Shown: positions 1 to 12,974, numbered from the stretch's first letter. The stretch is DNA of 64,000 nt from Octopus vulgaris (GCA_951406725.2 OX597816.1:171244001-171308000); one strand, 5' to 3'. Numbers and translations are program-made. The notes: generated by a model from the sequence alone, not told the origin.

Positions 1-1030
1 CCATATGAGTTCAATAAAGGCGACAATGCAACGGAAAGTGTGAGGAATATTAATGCAGTATGTGGAGATTGGACAATAAGCGTAAGCCATTACCAAAGGT
101 GGTTCCAGATATTGCAAGCCGAAAACTACAGCTTAGAAGATGAGCCTTGTCCTGGAAGATATGTAGAGCTCTACAAGGACGTCCTACAAAACCTGGTGGG
201 ACAAAATTTCAACGTAACTGTACAGAAACTAGCAGAGAAGCTTGGATTTGGTCATTTAACCATTCATCGAACCTGCATACCATTGGAAATGCCAGCAAAT
301 TGGGTCAATAGGTTCCTCACAAACTTTCTGAGTCTAATCGTGCACAGAGACTATGTGCTCTTATCTGCTGTCACATCTCACAAATGAACCTTTCTTGAAC
401 CAAATAGTGACTGATAATGAGAAATGGATTCTCTATAAAACTGTGAGGAGCCAAAGACAGTGGGTAGAGAAAGGAGAAACGCTAGCACACAAGGCTAAAG
501 AAGGTCTTCACACATGTAAGGTGTTATCTGTTTGGTGGATATCAGAAGTTAAGTCCACTTTGAACTTTTAAACCCAAACCAAAGAAGGAGATCTACTGCA
601 AGCTGCTTAAGTCAGTGCTAAAAGAAAAACAACCATCTTTGGTTTCAAGACAAAAGGTGTTCTTCCATCAAGATAATGCTTGGACACATACAGTAAGGAT
701 GACATTCCAGAGGTTGGAGAAGTTTGAATGGGAAACAATGCTCTGGACATTGCCTCATCTCATTATCATTTATTCCGCAGTCTTCAAAATCATTTGGACG
801 GAAAAAACATGAATTCTGTAGACAAGGTCAGAAAAGTACTGGACAAGTATTATTCCTCAAGCACAAGCGAAATTTGGAAGAAGGGCTTTGCAAGTCAACC
901 ATTTAGTTGAAAAAGTATTAGATGAAAGAAAATGCAGGAGAGCCTATTTCAGATTAAGAAAGAACTTGTTTGCCTTAATTTTGAAATATAAAAGTATAAA
1001 GAAAACCACATAATTTATGGGATGACCCTA
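1..1030 (+). mobile_element. Degenerate mariner (Tc1/mariner) DNA transposon, left end outside window; frameshifted transposase
   Basis: Broken frames give mariner motifs (SLEDEPCPGR, FLNQIVTDNEKWILY, FFHQDNA, YHLFRSLQNHL). Right terminal repeat ACCACATAATTTATGGGATGACCC then TA at ~1005-1030 matches the ends of the copy at 40854-41733. Confidence 0.9.
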
Positions 1031-1058
1031 TATATATATACATGTGGATGAATGCATT

Positions 1059-1103
<45 letters not shown>

Positions 1104-1213
1104 AAGTATACACACACACATATGTATATATATATATATATAAATTTACATATATATATATAAATATACATACATACATATACATACGTATACATATATA
1201 TAAATATACATAC

Positions 1214-1245
<32 letters not shown>

Positions 1246-1293
1246 ATACGTATACATATATATAAATATACATACATATACATATATATAAAT

Positions 1294-1344
<51 letters not shown>

Positions 1345-1790
1345 CATATATATATACATATATATAAATATACATACATATATATATAAATATACATACA
1401 TATATATATAAATATACATACATATATATATATATATATACACATACATATATATATAGAGAGAGATAAATATACATATATATACATATATATATATACA
1501 TACATATATATATAAATATACATACATATATATATATTTAAATATACATACATATATATATTTAAATATACATATATATAAATATACAAACATATACATA
1601 TATAAATATACATACATATATATACAGTTTTTAAATATACATATAGATACAAATACACACACACACATACATATATATATACAGTTATAAATATACATAT
1701 ATAGAGATATACCTACATACATATATATATATAATATATATAATATATTAATAAATAAAACATATGCATATATATATATACATATATGTA
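1031..1790. repeat. Compound (TA)n/(CA)n/(TACA)n microsatellite
   Basis: Directly visible; source of the YIYI/CICI pseudo-ORFs. Confidence 0.95.
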
Positions 1791-1992
1791 TGTACCTACT
1801 TCTACATGTATATATACATGCATATATGGGTACAGGACACCAAAAAACGTCGAACACAATGAGAAATGAAAACATAAACACAAAACCAAGGAAATGGACA
1901 TTTTTTTAAAACAACAAAAAAATTGAGTACAGGACAAATAACACAAGGAAAAAACCCCTTCTTCAGCCGCCATGGTTTCATCTACTCTGTGT
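1745..1992. repeat. Interspersed repeat; second copy inverted at 6541-6785
   Basis: acaggacaccaaaaaacgtcgaacacaatgagaaa...ccccttcttcag...atggtttcatctactct is the reverse complement of 6541-6785. Confidence 0.85.
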
Positions 1993-1994
1993 TT

Positions 1995-2211
1995 AGTTAT
2001 AAATATACATACATAAATATACACACACATATATATATATATATATAGTTATAAATATACATACATATAGATATAAATACACACACACATACATCTATAT
2101 ATATATAGTTATAAATATACATACATATAGATATAAATACACACACACATACATCTATATATATAGTTATAAATATACATACATATAGATATAAATACAC
2201 ACACACATACA

Positions 2212-2250
<39 letters not shown>
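1995..2250. repeat. Minisatellite, ~60-bp unit, 3-4 copies
   Basis: Unit tagttataaatatacatacatatagatataaatacacacacacatacatctatata repeated in tandem. Confidence 0.9.
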
Positions 2251-2257
<7 letters not shown>

Positions 2258-3472
2258 TATACACACACACAAATACATAGCAAAAATTTAGATTCAGATG
2301 AATATGGTAACTAAGTTGAGGCACCAGAATTTAGTACGGTATTATCCATACAATTTCAAAATGAAGTGATTAAAATCGAAATAAGCAACAAGAATATCCA
2401 GAGGGAATGTTGTACGATCATCTCAAGCAACTCCATTTAATTGAACAATGCATTCATTACATCAATTTAAATACAGAGCAATCCTCAGCTGCATAAAGAC
2501 ATAGAATTTAATTAAATTAAAACAGATGGACACATTAGTATCCAAGAAGGGAAAGAGATTGAGAAAGAAGATGCTTGTCACTGTTTTATGGGGTCAGTTT
2601 TAATTTATAGACTAGTTTATCAAATACTCAAAAGTATTAAGAAAAACGTTTTATCCTTTTGTTATAATAATCTTCTGAATAATCCTAAACTTTAACTTTA
2701 TACAATATGATAATATTGTTTAAAATATTTTACTATAGTACCACATGATAAGATTTCCCCTGTTTCATTACCAATGGTCTACTATCAGCTTGCCCCCTTT
2801 TAATTGTCAACTAACATCTTGATTTAAGATTTTCTTTACCAAATCTCAACATAATGCTTCAAATAAATCTTGTTAGTTTTTTATGGCTATACCCAATATA
2901 ACTTCTTGTCAACTCCCTCAGCCCCATTCCTAACAGGCACTAATCCTTGTTCTTTTAGCCTTAGATATACAAAGATTTGATAAACTAGTCTATAAATTAA
3001 AACTGACCCCATAAAACAGTGACAAGCAAAATCTGTAACAAGTCTTTCTTCCTGATACCTTTGTAGCTTCTAAGCTGAAGTGAAGACAGCATGTCCCTTC
3101 ACAGCACACACACATATACATATATACACATACATATATATCATTGTGAATTATATATACACATATCATCATCAATTATGTATGTACATATCTGTCCCTT
3201 TTAGTACAATGGCATTGATTGGATGGCTTGACAAGTACAGACAAGCCAGTAGACTGCTAGGTTTTATGCCTGCTTTGGCAGGGTTTCTACAGGCCCTGCT
3301 AATGCCAACCACTTAGAGTGCACTGGATGCTTTTTACATGGCACATGAAATACGCATATAAAACATTTGCATGGTGTGTGTATCTATCTATCTATATATT
3401 ATATGGAGGGCATTATTACACATAAATGCCCTCTATATAATATAAATAAATATATTCAAGTGGAAAAAATTT

Positions 3473-3547
3473 ACAGATTTTTTTCTTTTATGAGGTTTTT
3501 CACGCTACCTACTTGATAATTTCTTATGAAGATTTTATCCTATTTTT

Positions 3548-3588
<41 letters not shown>

Positions 3589-3675
3589 ATGTATGTATAC
3601 AGATTTTTTTCTCTTATGAGGTTTTTCACGCTACCTACTTGATAATTTCCTATGAAGATTTTATCCTATTTTTAA

Positions 3676-3743
<68 letters not shown>

Positions 3744-3819
3744 TACAGATTTTTTTCTCTTATGAGGTTTTTCACGCTACCTACTTGATAATTTCCTATG
3801 AAGATTTTATCCTATTTTT

Positions 3820-3878
<59 letters not shown>

Positions 3879-3990
3879 ATGTATGTATACAGATTTTTTT
3901 CTCTTATGAGGTTTTTTACGCTACCTACTTGATAATTTATTATGAAGACTTTATCCTATTTTTAAATTATATATATATATATATATGTTT
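3473..3990. repeat. Tandem array of 4 units: ~80-bp unique core plus variable (TA)n
   Basis: acagattttttt...gaggtttttcacgctacctacttgataatttcctatgaagattttatcctatttttaaat starts at ~3473, 3599, 3745 and 3889. Confidence 0.95.
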
Positions 3991-4864
3991 GTATATGTAT
4001 GTATGTTTACACACACACTCACAAGCATTCAGATATGTAATATATATGCACGCACACATATATTCTACATATTTTATGTTATATACAGTACATATACAGT
4101 ATACATTACATATACTTAAAAGCTTATATAGTAGTGCATGGTTTAACACTTAGGATGTTGGACTCATGACTGTAAGATTATGGTTCTGATTCCTAGACCA
4201 GGCAACGTATTGTATTCTTGAGCAAAACACTACATGTAGCTTTTAGCCCACCCAGCTGGCAAAAATGAGTATTCCTGTGATGGGCCAGCATTCTGTTCAG
4301 CGGGAGAGTATACTGACCAGAGAATCAAGGAAACTGACCCTATGAATCTACCATGACTCAAGGAGCTTTATCTTTCTTAAAGCTCATATGTATATGTGTG
4401 TGTGTGTGTGTGTGTGTTTGCACGCGCACGCACACAAATGTGTGTATAAAATCATCATCACTATTTTAATATCCATTCTGCCATGCTCCTATGGATCGTA
4501 GGGAAATTACTGAGAGATTTTTTACTGTCAGATGTCCTGCCCCTCACAGCACACCACACTTCTCTCCGTGAACAATAATATTTTTTAATGATCAGATATG
4601 CTTTCATAGAAGATTGGAAATGAAAGGAATCATTTATATGATGGTAGTACTTGCTTTGAAGTCAAGGAAATGCAAGCAGACAAACACATGCAGATACACA
4701 TATCCATGCATAATGGCTTGTGTAAGTTTCTATTGATCAAATCCATTCCCAAGGATTTGGTTGGCTCAGAATTATGGTAGAAGACACTTACCAAAAACCC
4801 TAGAGCAATGCCTGTACATATAATATTCTAAAAATGCGTGTGCACGTGTGCGTGCGCATGCACA

Positions 4865-5022
4865 CACACTAGATTTCTTTCAGTTTTCATCTACCAATTC
4901 CACTCAGCAGGCTAGTCAGCCGAAGGCTACAGCAGAAGACACTTGTCCATGGTGCCACGCAGTGGGGACTGAACCTGGAACCATATGTTGAGAAGCAAAC
5001 TTCTTACTACACAGCCAGGCCT
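4865..5022 (-). mobile_element. Old partial copy of SINE family A (5' half)
   Basis: Diverged match to the reverse complement of the 5' part of 8448-8871. Confidence 0.75.
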
Positions 5023-5107
5023 GTGCCTTTTGTGTGTGTGTGTGTGTGTGTGTGTACATACATATATGCACACACACACACAAACAATGGCTCATTTAAG
5101 TTTCTGT

Positions 5108-5181
5108 CTATCTGGGAATCGAAACCGCGATCCTACGACCGCGAGTCCGCTGCCCTAACCACTGGGCCATTGCGCCTCCAC
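5108..5181 (-). mobile_element. tRNA-derived head fragment of SINE family B
   Basis: Reverse complement gtggaggcgcaatggcccagtggttagggcagcggactcgcggtcgtaggatcgcggtttcgattcccag matches the heads at 57350 and 60628. Confidence 0.85.
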
Positions 5182-6180
5182 ACACACACAGACACACACA
5201 TATATATATATATAACATAACACTACATACAAATATGACATATTATTCAAGTATATTATATACATTATACATAACTCTTGCATCCATCCATATGTATGTA
5301 TCACTAGAAGTCAGTAATGACTACAAGAACAGTATATTCTTATGCTTAAATGTGACCATTGAAATTATGGCAATGGAAAGATTCTAGAAAATCAAACACT
5401 CTGACACCTTATAATAGACACATGTAGCATGTCTGTCTGAAATGACAGACCTACACATTCCTAACTACAACCAAATGCATTGTCTTCTTCTATCCATGTT
5501 GAAAGGCAACTAATAGATAGAAAAGAAAATAGCTATTCCTCAATGCTGGCAGGATTCAATTTATTGAATAATTGAGTTAAAGAAAATGAAAATTCCAACA
5601 TTTGGACAACATAGAACGTTATTTCAAGAATTATAATAAAAAAAGAGAGAAATTGCAACTATGTAAATTAAAAAAAAAAAAAAAATCAACTCCAGCAGAA
5701 TTCTAATTAGATTCCTGTGAAATGAAGCTAGCCAGAGTCAAAAAGCTAGCAAGCTGGCTGGGGATCTGCACAGAATTCTCATTAAACATGTTTGATTTGT
5801 GCTGGTTCAATTCTTTTAGCCATAAACAGGCACCAAGCATTACTGCTGAAAATGATATTTCATCATCTAATGCAGCTGAAGTTATGACTGATTCCAGTAG
5901 TATTATCATTTTGTGGAGTAGTACCCAAGAAAGATGATATAGTTTACTTGTACCTCTTCATTTCCCAATATCTCCCCACCACACATTTTGATATCATATA
6001 CAAATCTCTTATACCCCTTCCATTATCAACTTGCCACTTATCTATCTACGTAATCTACCTCTTTTTATTATACTTTCTCTCTCTTCCACTACTCTCAGAA
6101 AATCACTGCTTTTTCCTCCCAGTATAAAAGAGGCAGGAAATTCAACTAAAATAACACTGACATGCCATTGAATGTAATAT

Positions 6181-6519
6181 CAGAGACCCACTTCGGTCAC
6201 GACACAGACCATGGGATTGCACCTAGAAAGTTACCCTCCTAGACACAAGTCCGGGCGAGGCTGTTAATGGAAGACCAGCAGTCGCCCATGCATACCACCT
6301 CCCCTCTCCACGCCACCAGTGTTATCCAAGGGAAAGGCAACGGTCAATACAGCTTGGCACCTGTGACGTCGCAACTCATTTCTACAGCTGAGTGAACTGG
6401 AGCAACGTGAAATAAAGTGCCTTGCTCACGAACACAACACGCAGCCCGGTCCGGGATTCGAGCTCACAACCTCACGATCGTAAGCTCGACGCTCTAACCA
6501 CTGAGCTATGCGCCTTCAC
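6181..6519 (-). mobile_element. SINE family C, full length (tRNA head + Meta/MESC-like core + tail 1)
   Basis: A box TAGCTCAGTGG and B-box-like CTCGAATCC on minus; core gagcaaggcactttatttcacgttgctccagttcactcagctgtagaaatgagt; 10-bp TSD aatgtaatat (6171-6180 / 6520-6529). Confidence 0.9.
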
Positions 6520-6540
6520 AATGTAATATATATATATATG

Positions 6541-6776
6541 TAGAGTAGATGAAACCATGGCAACTGAAGAAGGGGTTTTTTCTTTGTGTTAATTGTCCTG
6601 TACTGTATTTTTTTGTTGTCAAAAAAAATGTCCAGTTCCTTGGGTTTGAGTCTATGTTTTTGTTTCTCATTGTGTTCGACGTTTTTTTGGTGTCCTGTAC
6701 TCATATATGCGTGTATATATACATGTAGAGGTTGGTACGTACATATATGTATATATATATGCATATGTTTTATTTA

Positions 6777-6785
<9 letters not shown>
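6541..6785. repeat. Inverted second copy of the 1745-1992 repeat
   Basis: Reverse-complement similarity to 1745-1992. Confidence 0.85.
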
Positions 6786-6819
<34 letters not shown>

Positions 6820-7692
6820 ATTCCATTGAATTAGGTACTTAAATTGAGGCACCAAACCAGTTTAGTATAGTCAGCACAGCTCAAAGTTAGATGAACAAAA
6901 TGAAATGGCTGTAATGCATTGATACCTGGACATCCTTGTTACTTATTTGCATTATATATATATATATATATATAAGATTACCAGTTGTAATAGTATTGTA
7001 ACAACATCAGAAATTCATTTTGAAGTTACAGGTATATTCAGCCAGTCATCTACATTACATTCATCTTTACTTTTAAACCTGTTTCTTTTTACCCTCTTAT
7101 CCATCTATGCAATATAGTATAGTCCCTCACTATAAAATAACTGTAACCCAATATAATGCTTGAAATCAAATCTATTGCTAGCAAATAATCAACAGGAACA
7201 ATTAAATAATTGGGATGGCTTATTCTGCAATAAAATACTCGATGCAATAAAAACACAAAACACTGAATTTACAAATCTTTTCAACCCAAAACAGGATGGA
7301 AACAAAATCCAAGAGAAAAAAGAAAATAGAAATGTATGTCAATAAAATGAATTGTTAAAGACACAAGAGAACACACTCGTTTGGTTACAATATCTAATGA
7401 AAGGAAATGCTAAATTGTTTAGCAACGGACAATTTTAGGTAAAAGAATTGATACAAAAGAAATCCGAGAAGTAGTTTACCGGGAGATGTTTGTAAGAAAA
7501 TATGATGGCAGTGAAAACACACAGAGGAAAAAAGAAGAAAAAAAGGCCAACTGTGAATTAAAAAAATGTTCTAGTTCTCCAAAAGTATTTGTAGAAAAAG
7601 AATGTTTTAACATATTGGTAAGTAGTTTTAATGTGTAATACCTGGCAGTTCATACAAGTGAAGTACATTTTATGTATGTATGTAGGTATGTA

Positions 7693-7737
<45 letters not shown>

Positions 7738-7761
7738 GTGTGTGTGATTGTGTATAGAAGA

Positions 7762-8215
7762 ATATATTAATAAAAAGAATTCCAACCTTGTCTGATTTTC
7801 ACGTTTTATTTACAATCTTATAATGATATATTATAAGATAATATATTATAATTGAGTAAAATAAAATGAAATAGTAGAATGTTAAATATTCATTCTGATT
7901 GAACTAGTACTTTCATGCATTGAATTCTGCAATCTTCGGGTTCATGTAGTAGTGTTGACAGTCATGCTTCACAATTTTTGACAAAAATTGTGAAGTCAAA
8001 AATTGTGAAGCATGACTGTCAACACTACTACATGAACCCGAAGATTGCAGAATTCAATGCATGAAAGTACTAGTTCAATCAGAATGAATATTTAACATTC
8101 TACTATTTCATTTTATTTTACTCAATTATAATATATTATCTTATAATATATCATTATAAGATTGTAAATAAAACGTGAAAATCAGACAAGGTTGGAATTC
8201 TTTTTATTAATATAT
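7762..8215. repeat. Perfect long inverted repeat: two 221-bp arms, 12-nt loop
   Basis: 7762-7982 is the reverse complement of 7995-8215; outer and inner paired coordinates both sum to 15977 and no mismatch was seen by eye. Confidence 0.95.
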
Positions 8216-8447
8216 ATATATATATATATATATACAAATCTGGTTGGAAGAAAGAGTTTTTGCTTACACAAAAAACAAATGAAGAATCTTACAATGGACA
8301 CCTAATACAATTAACATTATAAAATGATAATTTCTTTAATGCTACTTATTACTATGACTAATGTTGTCATTCTTTTTATTTATTCTCCCAACTACGTAAC
8401 TCATTATTTCATTGTAATATAATTACTATAATATATATATATATATA

Positions 8448-8612
8448 GGCGCAGGAGTGGCTGTGTGGTAAGTAGCTTGCTAACCAACCACATGGTTCTG
8501 GGTTCAGTCCCACTGCGTGACACCTTGGGCAAGTATCTTCTACTATAGCCTCGGGCCGACCAAAGCCTTGTGAGTGGATTTGGTAGACGGAAACTGAAAG
8601 AAGCCCGTCGTA

Positions 8613-8665
<53 letters not shown>

Positions 8666-8870
8666 ATGTTTGTGTGTCTGTGTTTGTCCCCCTAGCATTG
8701 CTTGACAACCGATGCTGGTGTGTTTATGTCCCCGTTACTTAGCGGTTCGGCAAAAGAGACCGATAGAATAAGTACTGGGCTTACAAAAGAATAAGTCCCG
8801 GGGTCGAGTTGCTCGATTAAAGGCGGTGCTCCAGCATGGCCGCATTCAAATGACTGAAACAAGTAAAAGA

Positions 8871-8871
<1 letters not shown>
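8448..8871 (+). mobile_element. SINE family A, full length (tRNA head, CORE-like segment, internal TA/TG tract, stem-loop 3' tail)
   Basis: A box TGGCTGTGTGG, B-box-like GGTTCAGTCCC, caccttgggcaagt core, 3' ggcggtgctccagcatggccgc...tgactgaaacaagtaaaagag; at least 6 further near-identical copies in the window. Confidence 0.93.
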
Positions 8872-8909
<38 letters not shown>

Positions 8910-8953
8910 TAGATAGATATGATAATTCCCTGGTTGCCAAAGAAACAGAGTAA

Positions 8954-8993
<40 letters not shown>

Positions 8994-9539
8994 GAACACA
9001 AAATTATGGAGTGTGAAATCTCTGTAGTACAACATCAGATTAATGTAATTTGCCTTCTGAATAGGAAAATGAACCTGTCAGCCAGACTTCTTTTTTTTTT
9101 TCTCTGCTATTTCTAAGAGGAAAAGTTTGCTGTCATCAACATTCATATGCATTTGTTCAACAAAGCATTTTCCAATAGCATAAGCAATGTATTGAAAAGT
9201 GAATGAAAAGAAGTATTAGAAAGTGACAGTTGTTGAATTATGGAACCTTCATTTCTTTCAATCATTCAGATGTTAAGTAAATATATTTGCAAATGCAGTT
9301 TCAATAGGATAATTATTTAATAATTCAGTCAATCTAGCTTTGGACAGCAAATCAATACACTGATTGATCATCAGTTGTAGAAAACTACACTCCAGTGGAA
9401 TGTTAAGTTGATAAAAGGTTACACAAGTCAGTCTCATAGCATACTGGAATCTTTCTTGTAACCTTGGATATGACAATTCAGCTTTTTCCAATTTATGTAA
9501 GGGAGATTGAATGAGTATCAGGCTTCCGAGGAAAGTTAC

Positions 9540-9557
9540 CTGTGATAAACCAGAGTC
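9540..9557 (-). CDS. Candidate 18-nt microexon of the PIX gene
   Basis: Minus strand ctcctgtttcttttag|GACTCTGGTTTATCACAG|gtaact: strong acceptor and donor, length divisible by 3. No transcript evidence. Confidence 0.45.
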
Positions 9558-9905
9558 CTAAAAGAAACAGGAGGACGTTTGCAATTATTCACTTACTGCA
9601 ATTAAACACCTGCACTATGTCCACACATTTATACTTCTGGTTCTCAAAAAGTGTTGCTGATTTCATGTATACAGAAAAAATTATCATTAACTCAAATGAT
9701 AAATAAATAAAAGTGAAGGGAAGAGACTACATTTTCAAAGGAAAATTGCAAATATGAATTAAATTAAAGTATATAAAATTCATTACAGATGTCAAACAAA
9801 TTTGCCCTTTAACTTCATAAAAAGTTACTAACATATTTTTGTAAGATAAGTCTTCAATAACCAGAGGAATATTTCTAAAAGTAGAAATATGCAATAAGTT
9901 ATAAA

Positions 9906-10657
9906 TGTACATTATTTACAATGGATGGATAGGTGTCTTCATCTTGCTTCTTGTTTATCACAACATTTCAGCTGATGTACTCTCCAGCCTTCATCAGGTG
10001 TTCTGGTGGAATTTTGAACCCAATCCTTTATTTGACTAATAGGGTATTCATTCCTAAGGTATGCTGCTGCTGTTATTTTTCTGTTGATATTATTTTTCAA
10101 TTCCCTGCCTGGGATTGAACTTACAATCTGAGGGTTAGTAGCCCTCACTCTTATCGACTATGCTATATGCTTGTGGGCAATTATAGAGTAACTTTTAGGA
10201 CTTATAAACCTATTATTTTATCCTTTCTTAATACTGGTTCCCATATCACATTCATATCTGCACTGGGTCTGCTTGGTTATTGTGTCCTAGCATATGTGCA
10301 GCCTGTTTTAATTTCCCTAAACAGACCTAGTGCAGATATGAATGTAATACTAGGTTTATAAGCCCTAAAATTCACTCTATAATTGCCCACAAGCATATAG
10401 CATAGTGGATAAGAGCATGGACTACTAACCCTCGAATACTAAGTTCAATCCCAGGCAGGAACTTGAAAAAATAATATCAACAGAAAAATAACATCAGCAT
10501 CATTCCTTAGGGATCAGAACAGTGTACCCCATTAGTCAAATAATGAGTTGGTTTTGAAATTCTACGAGAACACCTGATGAAGGTTGGAGAGTACATCAGA
10601 CAAAACGTTGTGATAACAAAATGAGGACACCTATATGCCCATTGTAAATAATGTACA
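9906..10657. mobile_element. Foldback element: two diverged ~340-365-bp inverted arms, each with tRNA-like A/B boxes followed by a hammerhead-ribozyme core
   Basis: Arms ~9906-10271 and ~10322-10657. Right arm has A box TAGCATAGTGG (10398-10408), B box GTTCAATCC (10443-10451) and CAC-CTGATGA...AAAAC-GTT-GTG (10571-10612). Left arm on minus has CTGATGA-AGGCTG...CAGCT-GAAA. Confidence 0.8.
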
Positions 10658-11281
10658 GAATTCCTCATCTGTAAGTTATAAATTGACATAGGTTAGAACC
10701 TTCTACATTGATAAAAAATTTCAAATTTCTTAACTATGCCAGAAATGCATATTATCAAGAAACCAGCAAGCAATAATTTAAATGACTAATTTATAAGTAA
10801 ATATATAAATGCAGTATGGCAATACTTTAACTACTGTACAAATGTAACTGATCTGTAACAATAGATGGCTATAGTTCAGAACTATACAAGTACAAATAGT
10901 AATGCTGATCCAGTGATAAAGGCAGCATTCTCAGTAGACGAACGAGGGTCCTTTTGATACCAACCCACCTGAGACCACCTCAGGTTCTATAACATAATCT
11001 TGCTGTTTTATAGTAGTCCAAATAATAATCTTTCATCAAAATTTTATGCTAACTTGTTCTAGTCCCCAGCTTAATAATGATAATGTTATTTTAGTAAATA
11101 CTTTGTTATTTTAAAACCTAATTGAAACAAAGATAGTATATTTCTGAAATCAGCTATTTTTAAAAATATCTTTTCATCTTTTATACAGATATTAATCATA
11201 CAAATGGAGATATCAAAATATTTATTAATAATCAAATCAATATACACTAAAGATAACTGAACAGAATGGGTGGGTAGGTGG

Positions 11282-11326
<45 letters not shown>

Positions 11327-11754
11327 TGTGTGTGTGTGTGCACGTGTGCATGCATGGATGCATGCATGCATGCAACTGTATTGAGTAGATTTTAGTCTAA
11401 GCCAAGAGAAAGAACAGAAATGACAGAACCATTTACTCCTATGAGACAAATCTTGTAGATCTTAGAAGGGCAGGTTAGAATCTAAAGACAATTCCTTCCA
11501 CTCTTCACTACAGACTCAGCACTTCATTGGAAAGTAGTACACAAATGGAGATGTTGCAAACATCAATTCTTAGGTTTAATTTAGAGATAATCTTGTCTGT
11601 ACAATATGAAAGCTATTTAGAACATCTAGAGCACAAAGTTGGCTTTCAAACTTCAAAAATTGTTAATAGCATATCAGAGTAGCTAATGACATTTTGGAAT
11701 GGAATATACTGAAAGTCAAAAAATATTGTTTGAAACTGTGGGGAGAAAGAGTTA

Positions 11755-11976
11755 TTAACCCTTTCGTTACTGTATTTATTTTGAGATGCTCTGTGTTTCT
11801 TTCAATTACTTTAAATATAACAAAGAATTTAGTAAAATAACTTAGTTATCATTCAGCTAGTGTTAGGAACATAAATTGTGACTAAGGTTTGGTGGAAGAT
11901 TTATATTATTTGAAAACAAGACATTTGTACTCAGAGCCAGAGCCGGTTTCAGCCGGGTTAGTAATGAAAGGGTTAA
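11755..11976. mobile_element. piggyBac-type MITE family 1
   Basis: TTAA-CCCTTTC...GAAAGGG-TTAA termini; other copies at ~38055-38267 and ~61327-61556. Confidence 0.88.
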
Positions 11977-12890
11977 ATAGTATCAGCCAGTTAAGTATAA
12001 GCCTGAGATCAAAAAACAAATAAATATAGTACCACTAAGAAACTTATTTATCTATCATCATTATCATTATTATTACTACAACTACTACTACTATTACCTT
12101 TAACATTAACAATTGTTCATGAAGCTTGAGGAAAGATAGATTAAAGAATATTAGTAGTACTTGATTTTTTTTTTTTTTTTGTAGGTGCAAGACCACATAT
12201 TTATAAAGAGAAGAGGAACAGCCTTGCTTCATGCTATTACCATTCCCAGAGACAACTGTAGTGTAACTGAATAAAAGTTGTAAGTCATTCATTAATCAAA
12301 TAATATAAATGTTGATGAATATCAAATAATATGGTACAGTAAGATAAGAAACATATAACAGCTAAATTTGACTGTTTAGGCATTGAGTACTAATAAAAAT
12401 TAAAAGCTCAGAAAAATTACTAAAACCAACACTAGAGAAAGAGTGAGTTTTCTATCTGACACTGTTACTTAAAAAGTATACTTATCACTTTAGCATTATT
12501 CACAATGTTTCACAAACATGATACAAAGAATAGGCAGATCTTGGCCATCGTTTAATTGGGACAGAATGGAAGGGCACCTGTTGCAAAAGGTGCAATAATG
12601 GTTATTTGAGCACCACAATTTTCACTGACGTAACCCGAAGGTATTTGGTGATAAGCTATAAATTTTTCAAGTACCTTTTTTGTGTGTTTGTATAAATGCT
12701 TTAAGATGCATGTATATGCCAATTTTCTCAATGACAGATATGGTATGTATCTTTAGTTATCCTAAAGTCAGAATATTCCTAAATTTACAAGACTCAAAAC
12801 ACATCAAACATGGAAGAAATATTGCCTCCAGCCCCATGCAATAAAAACAACAACAAAATGAAAAAAGAAAGATCTTTATACTACATAGTT

Positions 12891-12963
12891 GCCTCCATAG
12901 CTCAGTGGTTAGAGCACTGGTCTTGTAAACCAGGAGTCGTGAGTTCGATCCTCACTGGGGGCT
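12891..12963 (+). tRNA. tRNA-Thr(TGT), intact cloverleaf, intronic and antisense to the host gene
   Basis: Acceptor GCCTCCA/TGGGGGC, D-arm GCTC..GAGC, anticodon arm CTGGT-CT-TGT-AA-ACCAG, T-arm GTGAG-TTCGATC-CTCAC, discriminator T. Confidence 0.93.
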
Positions 12964-12974
12964 TCTGTTACACA

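Noticed and set aside
1015-1881. 288-aa ORF and the other [12 protein letters not shown] ORFs
   Set aside because: Translations of dinucleotide microsatellites that lack stops.
5703-5937. Overlapping ORFs on both strands, considered as the PIX C-terminal exon
   Set aside because: No resemblance to the PQVL..EEEKIIVEE / SLVDTVY coiled-coil region; those exons were not found and probably lie left of the window.
6560-6590. CTGAAGA possible hammerhead in the 1745/6541 repeat
   Set aside because: No downstream GAAA box after the stem.
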